Of a stretch of 64,000 nt of DNA, positions 42,157 to 52,567 are shown piece after piece. A program made the translations under genes and the position numbers. The DNA comes from an uncultured Spirochaetota bacterium. GTDB lineage: Bacteria > Spirochaetota > Spirochaetia > SZUA-6 > CAVTHK01. Below the pieces are notes generated by a model. That model had not been told where the DNA came from, did not search any database, and saw only the letters and a program-made list of their open reading frames with translations. Numbering within the stretch: the stretch's first letter is position 1; the number at the start of each line of letters is the position of its first letter. Location: positions 32,001 to 96,000 of the forward strand of contig CAVTHK010000006.1 of assembly GCA_963734495.1 (NCBI GenBank), written 5' to 3'.

Positions 42157-43187
42157 CTATTTCGCGCGGTGTCCCGCACCGCTGCCTTCCGTTTCCTTCT
42201 CGTCCCTGTAGAGCCAGCAGCGCGCCGTCTGCGCCTCGCCGACGGCGAACACCGGCGGCTCGTCCGTCCGGCACACGTCCATGGCCTGCGGGCAGCGCGG
42301 CGCGAAGGTGCAGCCCGCGGGCAGCGCGTGCATGCTCGGCACCGACCCCGTGATCGGCGTGAGCCGCGTCCTGCGCCCGATCTGGGGGATCGACGCGAGC
42401 AGCCCTTGCGTATAGGGGTGGCGCGGCCGGTAGAAGATCTGGTAGGTGCTGCCGCCCTCCACGACCTTGCCAGCATACATCACGATGACGCGATCGGCCA
42501 TCTCCCCGATGACCCCCAGGTCATGCGTGATGATCATGATGGACATGCCGAGCTCGGCCTGCAGGTCCTTCATCAGGTTGAGGATCTGCGCCTCGATCGT
42601 CACGTCGAGGGCCGTGGTCGGTTCGTCGGCGATCAGCAGGTGCGGGTCGCAGGAGAGGCCCATCGCGATCATCGCCCGCTGTCTCATCCCGCCGCTGAAC
42701 TGGTGCGGGTACTCGTCGACGCGCTGCTCCGGCCGCGCGATGCGCACGCGGCGCAGCATCTCGATCGCGCGCTCGCGCGCCGCCTGCCGTTCCAGTCCCT
42801 GGTGCAGCTGGACCGCCTCGGCGATCTGCTCGCCGACCGTAAAGACGGGGTTGAGCGACGACATCGGCTCCTGAAAGATCATGGCGATCTCGTTGCCTCG
42901 GATGGCGCGCATCTCGGGGCTGTGGGGTTCGAGAGCGGCGATGTCGACCTGCGTGCCGTCCTTGCAGTCGTAGAGGAGGCGCCCCTCGACGATCCGGCCG
43001 CGCGGTCGAGCCAGGAGCTGCATGACCGACAGCGCCGTCACGCTCTTTCCGCAGCCGCTCTCCCCCACGACGCCGAGCGTGCCTCCCGGCTGCACGTCGA
43101 AGCTCACACCGTCGACGGCCTTGACGACGCCGTCGTCGGTGTCGAACCAGGTCCGGAGGCCCTCGACTCTCAGCAGCGCCCGGTCGC

Positions 43188-43191
<4 letters not shown>
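42157..43191 (-). CDS. Opp/Dpp-type ABC transporter ATP-binding protein (D subunit)
   Basis: [38 protein letters not shown]. Confidence 0.94.
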
Positions 43192-44270
<1,079 letters not shown>

Positions 44271-44282
44271 GAGCCTTCCTCT

Positions 44283-45437
44283 CTAGTGATAGGGGTCCGC
44301 GGCGTCACGCAGGCCGTCGCCGACGAAGTTAAAGGCGAGCACCGCGATCACGACGACCACGCCCGGGATCAGCAGCCACGGGAACAGCGCCACCGTCTGG
44401 AGGCTCTGCGCCTTTTCGAGCAGGACCCCCAGGCTCACGACCGGCGCCCGCAGCCCGATCCCCAGGAACGAGAGCGAAGTCTCGGCGAGGATCATCTGCG
44501 GGATCGCCAGGGTCAGGTTCACGATGATGTAGCTCACGAAGTTGGGCACCAGGTGCCGCGCCACGATCCGCAGCGTCGAGGCGTTGTAGCCGCGCGCGGC
44601 GTTCACGAAATCCTCCTCGCGGAGGCTGATGAACTTGCTGCGCACGACGCGCGCGAGCCCCGTCCAGCCCATCAGCGAGAGGATGATGGTGATCGCGAAG
44701 TAGACCTGGATGGCGCTCCAGCTCTTGGGCACGGCGGCCGCGAGCGCCATCCACAGCGGAAGCTTGGGGATCGCGAGCAGCGTCTCGATCACTCGCTGGA
44801 TCACGTCGTCGACCGCCCCGCCGATGAGGCCGGAGATGCCCCCGAACAGCAGGCCGAGGACGAGGCTGATGAACACGCCGATGAACCCGATCGTGAGCGA
44901 GACCTGCGAGGCGAGGAGAATGCGGCTGAGCAGGTCGCGCCCGAGGTGGTCGGTGCCGAGCAGGCTCACCTGCCCCCCTCTCTCGACGCCGAAGAGGTGG
45001 ACGTCGCTCGGGATCAGGCCGAGCAGCCGGTAGGCGTCGCCGCGGCAGAAGAGCCGGATCGGATACCTGCGGCTCGTGTCGGGAAAGTACCTCATCTGCC
45101 AGGTCTGCGGGTCCATCTTCTTGACCCACTTGTACACGAACGGCTGCAGGTGGAAGCGCCCCTGCACGTCGCGCAACCGCAGAGGCTGCGGCGGCAGATA
45201 CGTCTCCTTGAACGCCGTGGTGGCCGCGTAGGGTGCGAAGAAATCCGGGAAGGCCACCCCCACTCCGTACAACACGATCAGCGCCCAGAAACCGGCCACG
45301 GCCAGCTTGTGGCGCAGGAAGTGCCGGAGGATGAGCCTCCACTGCGTCTGCGCGACGGCGCGCTCGCCGCCCGGGCCGCTCCCCGGCGCCCCGCTGCCAG
45401 GCCTTTCCGGGCGTTCGACTTCGACTACGGTCGACAT
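44283..45437 (-). CDS. Opp/Dpp-type ABC permease (C subunit)
   Basis: LLGTDHLGRDLLSR, FVNAARGYNAS, ETSLSFLGIG, GDGLRDAADP. Confidence 0.92.
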   Translation of the reverse strand: MSTVVEVERPERPGSGAPGSGPGGERAVAQTQWRLILRHFLRHKLAVAGFWALIVLYGVGVAFPDFFAPYAATTAFKETYLPPQPLRLRDVQGRFHLQPFVYKWVKKMDPQTWQMRYFPDTSRRYPIRLFCRGDAYRLLGLIPSDVHLFGVERGGQVSLLGTDHLGRDLLSRILLASQVSLTIGFIGVFISLVLGLLFGGISGLIGGAVDDVIQRVIETLLAIPKLPLWMALAAAVPKSWSAIQVYFAITIILSLMGWTGLARVVRSKFISLREEDFVNAARGYNASTLRIVARHLVPNFVSYIIVNLTLAIPQMILAETSLSFLGIGLRAPVVSLGVLLEKAQSLQTVALFPWLLIPGVVVVIAVLAFNFVGDGLRDAADPYH

Positions 45438-45447
45438 GCGGGCCTCT

Positions 45448-46434
45448 TCAGTCGTAGCGAATCCGCGGATCGATGACCGCGAGCAGGATGTCCGACAACA
45501 GCGTGCCGATGACGGTGAGGACACTGATGATCAGCACGATGCTGCCCGAAACGTACATGTCCTCGCTGAGGAGGGCGTTGAACATCGAGGTGCCGACCGT
45601 CGGGAGGTTGAGCACGATCGACACGATCATGGTGCCCGAGACGAGCTGCGGCAGCAGCCAGCCGATGGTGCTCACGATGGGGAGAACCGCGATCTTGAAC
45701 ACGTGCTTCCAGATCACCGCGCGCTCCGAGAGCCCCTTGGAGCGCGCGGTGCGCACGTACTGCTTGCCGAGCTCATCGAGCACCATCCCGCGCATCACGC
45801 GCACGAGCCACGCGGTCCCGCCCATGCCCACGACGACCACCGGCAGGATCAGGTGCCTGGCGAAGTCCACGAGCTTGCCGAGGCTCCACGGGGCCCCGTC
45901 GTATTCGGCCGAGAAGAGCCCGCCGAGGCTCCAGCCGAACGCCGTGTAGAAGAAGTACATGAGGACGAGGGCGACCAGGAACTCGGGCACCGACCTGCCC
46001 AGAAACGAGACAAAGGTGAAGGTGTAGTCGAAGCCGCTGTACTGCTTGACGGCGGAGGTGACCCCCAGCGGTATGGCGAAGGCCCAGGTGAACACGAGCG
46101 TGAGCAGAGTCACGAAGACCGTGATCGGCACGCGCTCTCTCAGGATCTCGGAGACCGCCTGGTTGGTGGAAAAGCTCTGCCCGAAGTCGCCCCGCAGGAC
46201 GATGCCCTCGATCCAGAGGAGGAACTGGACATGCATCGGCTGGTCGAGACCGTAACGGACGCGCAGGAGCTGCGCCTGGCTCTCGGCGACGTTTCCGTAC
46301 TGCTGGGCCAGGTTGTCCAGCTGGCTCGTGAGAAAGTCGCCCGGCGGCGCCTGGATGATGACGAACGAGATGAGAGCGATCAGGAACAGCGTCGGGATCA
46401 TGTAGAGGATGCGCCTGATGATGTAAGAGAACAT
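45448..46434 (-). CDS. Opp/Dpp-type ABC permease (B subunit)
   Basis: YIIRRI, YGLDQP, GDFGQSF, YVRTARSKGL, DPRIRY. Confidence 0.93.
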   Translation of the reverse strand: MFSYIIRRILYMIPTLFLIALISFVIIQAPPGDFLTSQLDNLAQQYGNVAESQAQLLRVRYGLDQPMHVQFLLWIEGIVLRGDFGQSFSTNQAVSEILRERVPITVFVTLLTLVFTWAFAIPLGVTSAVKQYSGFDYTFTFVSFLGRSVPEFLVALVLMYFFYTAFGWSLGGLFSAEYDGAPWSLGKLVDFARHLILPVVVVGMGGTAWLVRVMRGMVLDELGKQYVRTARSKGLSERAVIWKHVFKIAVLPIVSTIGWLLPQLVSGTMIVSIVLNLPTVGTSMFNALLSEDMYVSGSIVLIISVLTVIGTLLSDILLAVIDPRIRYD

Positions 46435-46464
46435 GGGCAGCCCTCAGGATTCCGCGGAAAGGAA

Positions 46465-46493
46465 CCGTCGGGCCGGCCGGACCGGCCCGACGG
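46465..46493. other. 12-bp stem-loop between the SBP and permease genes
   Basis: CCGTCGGGCCGG-N5-CCGGCCCGACGG. Confidence 0.7.
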
Positions 46494-46506
46494 CGTTCTG
46501 CTATGA

Positions 46507-48570
46507 CTATGGCTCCAGGTACCACTGCATGGGGTAATAGACGTACATGTACCCGGTGCGCCAGTCCCAGATGCCCTTGGTCGGCACGTTTTTCAGCTTG
46601 TTGGAAACCATGATCGGCTGCGGCGCCATCGAGACGGTCCCGATGTACCACAGGTTCTCGGCCTGCGCCTTGAGCAGCTTGTCCGCGGCCTCGTCGCGCT
46701 TCTTGGGGTCGATGTCGGTCCCGAGGATGTCGCGGTACGCGTTGAGCTGCTTCATCAGCGGGGGAGGTTCCACGCCCTTCTCGCCGTTGCTGATGTAGTA
46801 GTTCCGCCAGCCCGGCCACGGGGTGTCCTTGCCGCTGTCGGCTCCCGCCGGTGCCAGGTCCCGGTCCGCGCCGCCGAATGAGGTGTCCGTCATCTGGTCC
46901 ATGAGCAGCGCGTGGGCGTCGCCCTTGTTGGTGGGCCAGAACGTGTCGTGCAGCGAGCGGGCGACCTGCTTGGTGTCGAACTTGAGCCCCACGGCGTCCA
47001 GCTTGGCTTTGATCAGCTCGACGACCGGCGCAGGGTCGACCGTTCCGACGATGGCAAAGATCATCTGCGGGCTGAACTTCTTGCCGCTCGGCGTCTCACG
47101 CCAGCCGTCGCCGTCCCTGTCCTTCATGCCCATCTCGTCGAGCAGCCTCTTGGACTCCTCCGGCTTGTACTCGACGTACGCCTGGGCGTACTCGGGCTTG
47201 AAGTAGCGGCTCGTCGGCGGGATGGTCGCCTGCATGACGATGGCCTGCCCGAAGTAGACCTTGTCGTTGATCTCGTTGCGATCAATGGCCTGCGAGACCG
47301 CTCGGCGGAAACGCACGTCGTTGAAGACCGCGTACATGTCGGGGTTCTCGTGCGAGAGGTTCAGCAGCACCACGATGTCCGATCCGTACGCCCTGCTGTA
47401 GATCAGGGTCTTGTAGCCGGACTTCTGCTCGTTGGCCTTGTACAGCGGGATGTTGGGGGTCTGGGTAAAGCGCCCCGACAGGTGGGCCTCGCCGGTCACC
47501 ATCTTGGCGGCCGCGATCTCGGGGTTGGCGGCGATGTTGACCCGCACCTTGTCGATGTACGGAAGCTGGTTGCCCTGCGTGTCCACGAAGGGCCAGTAGG
47601 GGTTGCGCTCCCACATCATGTAGGTCTCGGTGCGCTCCGTCACGACGTAGGGCGAGATGACCGGCTTCTGGGCCTCCCACTCGGGGTGGTCGTGCGAGTC
47701 GTTGGAGACGCGCAGGTAGTACTGCCACCATTCCTTCAATCCCACCTTCTTCGCCATCTCGGTGATCTTGTCCACCGGCGTGAAGTCAGGATGGAAAGCC
47801 TTGAGATAATGGGCGGGAGGGATGGGGACGATCGGGAACAGGTTGGCGTAGAAGTTGTAGTCGTGGAAGCGCGGATTGGGCTTGGCGAAGATAAAGGTCA
47901 CCGTGTAGTCGTCGACCTTTTTGAACCCCGTCATCGCGATCGGCGTGATCTTGTCCGGCGGGGTCGGCGTCAGGTTCTTGTTGAAAGCGACGTGCTCCCA
48001 CCAGAACTCGAGGTCCGCGGCCGTGAACGGCGCGCCGTCCGACCACTTGAGCCCCTTGCGCAGCTTGAGGGTGAGCTGCGTAAAGTCGGGCGAGTAGCTC
48101 CAGCCCTCGAGTATGAAGGGCACGGTCCTGCGGCCATCGGGGGTGGGGCGCCCGGGCCCGGGTTGGTGCTCCGGCCACTTGAAGAACATCGTGTCGCCGC
48201 GGTAGTTCGGCTCGGCCCAGACGATCGCGGTGCCGCCGTAGGTTCCGACCTTCTCGTAAGGCTCGACGACCGGCGGATCCGCAGGCAGTCGGTCCTTGAC
48301 CGCCGGAAGCTTGCCCGCCTTGACCCGCTCGGCGAGCATCGGCGACTCCTGGTAGGCCTTGATGCCTGCCTGCGACGCGAGCTTGGGGGCTTCGTACCAG
48401 CTCTTGGGGACCTTCGCGTCGACGTACCGGCTGATGTCGGTTTGCACAGCCTCCTTCGGACCGGCTGCGGCCGAGTCGGCCCCTCCGCTCTTCTCGCCGG
48501 TCGCTCCAGCCCACAAGGGCAGCGCGAAACAGAACGCCATGAGAACGAGGAACACAACGAGCCTGCTCAT
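46507..48570 (-). CDS. Family 5 ABC substrate-binding protein (probably oligosaccharide-binding)
   Basis: Signal peptide; ESPMLAERVKAGKLPAVKDRLP, LRKGLKWSDG.PFTAAD, ERNPYW..DTQGNQLPYID, FRRAVSQAIDR. Confidence 0.92.
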   Translation of the reverse strand: MSRLVVFLVLMAFCFALPLWAGATGEKSGGADSAAAGPKEAVQTDISRYVDAKVPKSWYEAPKLASQAGIKAYQESPMLAERVKAGKLPAVKDRLPADPPVVEPYEKVGTYGGTAIVWAEPNYRGDTMFFKWPEHQPGPGRPTPDGRRTVPFILEGWSYSPDFTQLTLKLRKGLKWSDGAPFTAADLEFWWEHVAFNKNLTPTPPDKITPIAMTGFKKVDDYTVTFIFAKPNPRFHDYNFYANLFPIVPIPPAHYLKAFHPDFTPVDKITEMAKKVGLKEWWQYYLRVSNDSHDHPEWEAQKPVISPYVVTERTETYMMWERNPYWPFVDTQGNQLPYIDKVRVNIAANPEIAAAKMVTGEAHLSGRFTQTPNIPLYKANEQKSGYKTLIYSRAYGSDIVVLLNLSHENPDMYAVFNDVRFRRAVSQAIDRNEINDKVYFGQAIVMQATIPPTSRYFKPEYAQAYVEYKPEESKRLLDEMGMKDRDGDGWRETPSGKKFSPQMIFAIVGTVDPAPVVELIKAKLDAVGLKFDTKQVARSLHDTFWPTNKGDAHALLMDQMTDTSFGGADRDLAPAGADSGKDTPWPGWRNYYISNGEKGVEPPPLMKQLNAYRDILGTDIDPKKRDEAADKLLKAQAENLWYIGTVSMAPQPIMVSNKLKNVPTKGIWDWRTGYMYVYYPMQWYLEP

Positions 48571-48688
48571 GATCGATCGCTCCTTTTGTTGCAAGGTCGG
48601 ACCGGATTCGAACGCGCCGTCAACGCCGCCTGGACTTCGCACCTCCTCGAGCGATGCATTATATACCGGAATCCGCCAGCCGTGTTCA

Positions 48689-48711
48689 TGAAAATCGTTC
48701 ACCGATTTTCA
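48689..48711. promoter_or_regulatory. Palindromic candidate transcription-factor site upstream of the sugar ABC operon
   Basis: TGAAAATCG-N5-CGATTTTCA; minus-strand TATAAT at 48658-48663. Confidence 0.55.
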
Positions 48712-48736
48712 CGGTCAGGCGCATCGGCGCGCGGCT

Positions 48737-49648
48737 TCAGCCGCCGCCGCGGACCGCGACGGAGGTGTGGCGGCCGACTTCGGCGACCCAGGCGGCCAGC
48801 GAGTCGGCGGAGGGAGTGTTCGTTTGCGGCAGCGTGGGCGCGCGGCCGAGACCGGGCAGCTTGGAGGTGCCCAGAGGATGATATGGAAGAAGGTCTACGC
48901 GCGCCACGCCCTCGAGCCTCGCGGCCAGCTCGCCGATCGCGCGCAGGTGGCCGGGCCTGTCGTTCAGGCCCGGGATGAGCGGGCAGCGCAGGATGATGCG
49001 AGCGCCGGACCGCGAGAGGCGCTCGAGATTCGCCAGGATGAGCCGGCCGTCGGCGCCGGTCAGGCGCTCGTGCGCTTCGGGGTCGGTCTCCTTGACGTCG
49101 AAGAGGAAGAGGTCCACGCGGCCGAGCAGCGCCTCGAGGCGTTCCCACGGCGCCTGGCCGCTGGTGTCGAGGCAGGTGTGCAGCCCCTGCGCCTTCGCGG
49201 CAGCAAGCAGAGCGGCCGTGAATTCATGCTGGAACAGGGGCTCACCGCCGGAGATCGTCATGCCGCCGCCCGAGGTCTCGTAGAAGGGCCTGTCCGACAG
49301 CACCTGCTCCATCACCTGCTCGACGGTCATGGAGCGGCCGACCCGCTCGAGGGCGCCGGAGTAGCACTGCTCGGAGCAGAGCCCGCAGCGCACGCACTCC
49401 GTCCGGTCGAAGGCGTGCTTGCCGTCGACGGCGCGGTGGCATCCGTGGGGGCAGACCCCGACGCACGCGAGGCAGCCGATGCAGCGGTCAGGTCTCCATG
49501 CGAGCTCGGGCTGCGGATCCATCGACTCGGGGTTGTGGCACCAGAGGCAGCGCAGCGGGCAGCCTTTGAGAAAGACGGTCGTGCGGATGCCCGGGCCGTC
49601 GTGAATCGCGAACCGCTGGATGTCGAAGACGAGGCCTGCGATGCCCAT
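48737..49648 (-). CDS. Glycyl-radical enzyme activating enzyme (radical SAM with ferredoxin insert)
   Basis: HDGPGIRTTVFLKGCPLRCLWCHNPES, CIGCLAC..CP and CVRCGLC..C, SGGGMTISGGEP, LLPYH. Confidence 0.95.
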   Translation of the reverse strand: MGIAGLVFDIQRFAIHDGPGIRTTVFLKGCPLRCLWCHNPESMDPQPELAWRPDRCIGCLACVGVCPHGCHRAVDGKHAFDRTECVRCGLCSEQCYSGALERVGRSMTVEQVMEQVLSDRPFYETSGGGMTISGGEPLFQHEFTAALLAAAKAQGLHTCLDTSGQAPWERLEALLGRVDLFLFDVKETDPEAHERLTGADGRLILANLERLSRSGARIILRCPLIPGLNDRPGHLRAIGELAARLEGVARVDLLPYHPLGTSKLPGLGRAPTLPQTNTPSADSLAAWVAEVGRHTSVAVRGGG

Positions 49649-49695
49649 CGTTTGAGGGAGTGTAGCCGGGGCCGGCGCGGCGCGGCAACAGCCTC

Positions 49696-50548
49696 TCAGT
49701 GCCCTCTCGAGCGCCCGAGGAGGCTCGCCACGACGGCGGCGAGCGCCGGCCGCTCCGCCGCATCCTTGAAGCCGGCCATGCGGCCGTAGATCTCGGCCGC
49801 GGCCTCGTGGAAGCCGCGCGGAAGCCCGGCGCTCTCCATGGTCGCCGCGATCTCCAGCATTTCGCCGACAAAGCGCCACGCCTTGGCCGTCACGGAGCGC
49901 GTGCGGTCCGAGGCGCCGGAGGCAAGCTCGGGTTGCGAAATGGCCCATTCGCTGCGCAGGCTCGCGTCCACGCCTTCGGCCTCGGCCAGGGCGAGCACGG
50001 CGGCGACGAGCGCCTGGCTGCCCTTGGTCCAGGCCGAGTAGGCCATCTTCAGGGCCGACGCGGCCCCGACCGGCCCGCGCAGGTCGATCGCTTCGAGCGG
50101 GCTTCCCGCGAAGAGCTCCACGGCCTCGGCGGCCCGCGGCCCGCTCACGTAGAGGCGAGTCGTCTTCGGCTTCCACGGAGGACCGCCGATGATGCCGCCG
50201 TCGATGCAGCGGCCGCCTCCGCCTTCGACGAGGGCCGCGATCTCGCGCGCCCGGGCGGGCGAGACCGCATTCGCGTCGAGGTACGTGCCGCTGAACCCGA
50301 AGTTCATGACTGCCGCGGCGACGTCTCGCGCCGAGGCCGGCGGCACGACGCTCACGATCATCGTGCTTCGCTCGACGAGCGACCGGAGCGCGCCCGCGTC
50401 CTCGAGGCCCGCCCTGGCCGCGCGCCGGCTGCTCGCCGCGCTCCGGCCTTCGGAAGCCCAGAGGACCGCGGCCCCGGAGCCGCGAGCCGCGGCGCCGACC
50501 GCCGATCCCATCTCGCCGGGACAAAGGAGTCCCACTGTTGCATGCGCA
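49696..50548 (-). CDS. NAD(P)-dependent oxidoreductase (6-phosphogluconate/3-hydroxyisobutyrate DH-like, DUF1932); 3' exon, with start codon(s) beyond the intron at 52484-52494
   Basis: TVGLLCPGEMGSAVG, YLDANAVSP, DGGIIGGPP, ASALKMAYSAWTKG, KAWRFVGEMLEIA. Confidence 0.88.
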
Positions 50549-52483
50549 ATTGGTCGATTACTGGCGCGGTACCGCTAACGCGGCCCGTTTCCAGTTCCTC
50601 CTTTCAAACTGTGCGTGCGGTTTTCCCGCACACAGCTTACCGATGGTTTTCCTGAGACGGCTTGCGCGGGGTATCGCACGGTCCCGGCGAGCTTGTACAG
50701 GCCCAGGTCCCATAGTCGTTGCGGGGCCACCGGTCATAGCGGAAGCGCGTGCGCTGTCCGCCCCGGCGTCTCTTGCCAGTCGAGTACCCGTTTATACACG
50801 TAGGTGTCCATCTCTTTGAACTTCGCCTGCGAGTTTCCCGTCTGGAAGTAGTTGCCCCACCCGCGCAGCACCGGGTTCAGCAGCTCGATCAAGCTCATCC
50901 AGTCTTCCGGGCCGGACCGCTGCGCACGTCGGTCAGCTCATGGACCCGGGTACGAATGCGCTTCATCGCCTTGGGCGACGGCCACCGCTGCACGAAGTGC
51001 ACCCGCGGATTCCGCAGGATGCTTCGTCGCTTGCGCACTGTCCACCCAAGAAACTGAAAGCTCCTTCGCCTCGGTTGAGCCTGACCACGCGCGTCTTCTC
51101 GGGATGCAGCTCCAGGCCCAGGCGCCCCATGATGATCCGTATGCGCCTGAGGGCTTCCTGCGCCTGCCGACTCGCGGCGACACAGCACCACGAAGTCATC
51201 GGCATACCGCACCAGGACTCCCAGGTGCGAGCACCTGTCCGTCCAGATGCGGTCCAGAACATCCAGGTAGATGTTCGCCAGCAGCGGCGAGATCACGCCC
51301 CCTTGCGGCGTTCCCGCCAGCGTCTCTCTCACCGTCCCGTCTTCCATCACTCCTGCCTGTAACCACTGTCGGATCAGCTTCAGCACGCGCCGATCCGAGA
51401 CCCGCTCCGTCACCAGCCGCAGCAGCTTCCTCTGGTCGATGCTGTCGAAGTAGCCTCGGATGTCCGCGTCGACCACCACGTTGTAGCCCCGGTTGCCAGC
51501 CTCACGGATGGCCTCCATCGCCTGCGTCGCGCTGCGCCTCGGGCGGAACCCGTAGCTGCAATCCTCGAAAGTCCGCCTCGAAGATCGGTTCGATGACGAG
51601 CTTCGTCGCCATCTGCACCACCCGGTCGCGCACCGTCGGTATCCCCAGCGGCCGCTGCTTTCCGTCTCCCTTCGGGATGTACCGCCTTCGCACCGGCGCC
51701 GGTCGGTACTTGCCTGCCTTCAGGGTAGCCTCAATCCCTCGCAGGAACTCAGCCACCCCTCCGTCCTCGATGTCAGCGAGCGTCTCTCTGTCCACACCAG
51801 CCGCACCGCCGTTGGCCCGCACTCGCTCCCACGCTTCCCACAGGACGTCACTCCTGTAGATCCGGTCGTACAGCGCGTGGAACCGCCGCGTCCTACTCCG
51901 CTTGGCACACATCCATAGCCGTCGTTGGAGTTCTCGCACTTTGTCTGTGGGGTTGTTGGGTCCTTCGACCATGCCCTCGCGCTTACCTCCGCCTCCGGCG
52001 TAACCAAAGCAGGGCCCCTTCCCTCCAGCGGTTTCTCGCCGCCTTCCCCGGTACTATGAGCCCCTCGGACTCCCTCCCGGCTCCGCGCGATTTCGGTCTA
52101 CCCCTTATACGCGCGGTCTTCGCCCGACAAGGCGCACCGGGTAGGGTCTCTCGTGTTCCGCACCATCCCTTCAAAACGTGCCGTCGCCAGTACCCCGGGG
52201 ATGTCCAGTGCTCTTCCGGATCACGAGTCACTGTCTGTTGCCTTCGCCGCGACATGAGCGGCTCGGCCATCCCGATCCACCTTTCGGCTGATAATCTGTC
52301 GAGGCTTGCTCGGCGTTCACTGCGCGTTACGGCCCGCTTCCTTGCTCCCTCCTGTCAGAGGCCTTCGACGGTCCGCTCAGCCGCAGGGATCTCTCCCCAC
52401 AACCGGACCCTGCTACCGGGCGCTCCGGCGCTTACCTGGGCGGGACTCTCACCCGCTGGGGCGATGCAGCTTTCACGACGCAC
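50549..52483 (-). mobile_element. Group II intron (full-length D5 with AGC triad, so not class C)
   Basis: 5' end GTGCG at 52483; D5 AAGCTGTGTGCGGGAAAACCGCACGCACAGTTT; D6 CTGGAAACGG...ACCGCGCCAG; 3' end ACCAAT at 50549; internal RT ORF. Confidence 0.92.
50645..51972 (-). CDS. ltrA: Group II intron reverse transcriptase/maturase without endonuclease domain (multiple frameshifts; 3' end uncertain)
   Basis: [77 protein letters not shown]. Confidence 0.9.
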
Positions 52484-52532
52484 CATGGCGCCATCCTATC
52501 ATAGGGCCGCGCCCGGCGTTCGGGTGAAGCCC

Positions 52533-52567
52533 TTGACCGGGCCGGGCCCCGCCTCTACGCTCGCGCT
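52533..52567 (+). promoter_or_regulatory. Sigma70 promoter of the GRE gene, apparently leaderless
   Basis: TTGACC-N17-TACGCT-N6-ATG(52568), no SD. Confidence 0.65.

Noticed and set aside
50645-51972. Retron, DGR or defence-associated RT
   Set aside because: It has a GTGCG 5' end, D5/D6 and a maturase X domain, which identify a group II intron.
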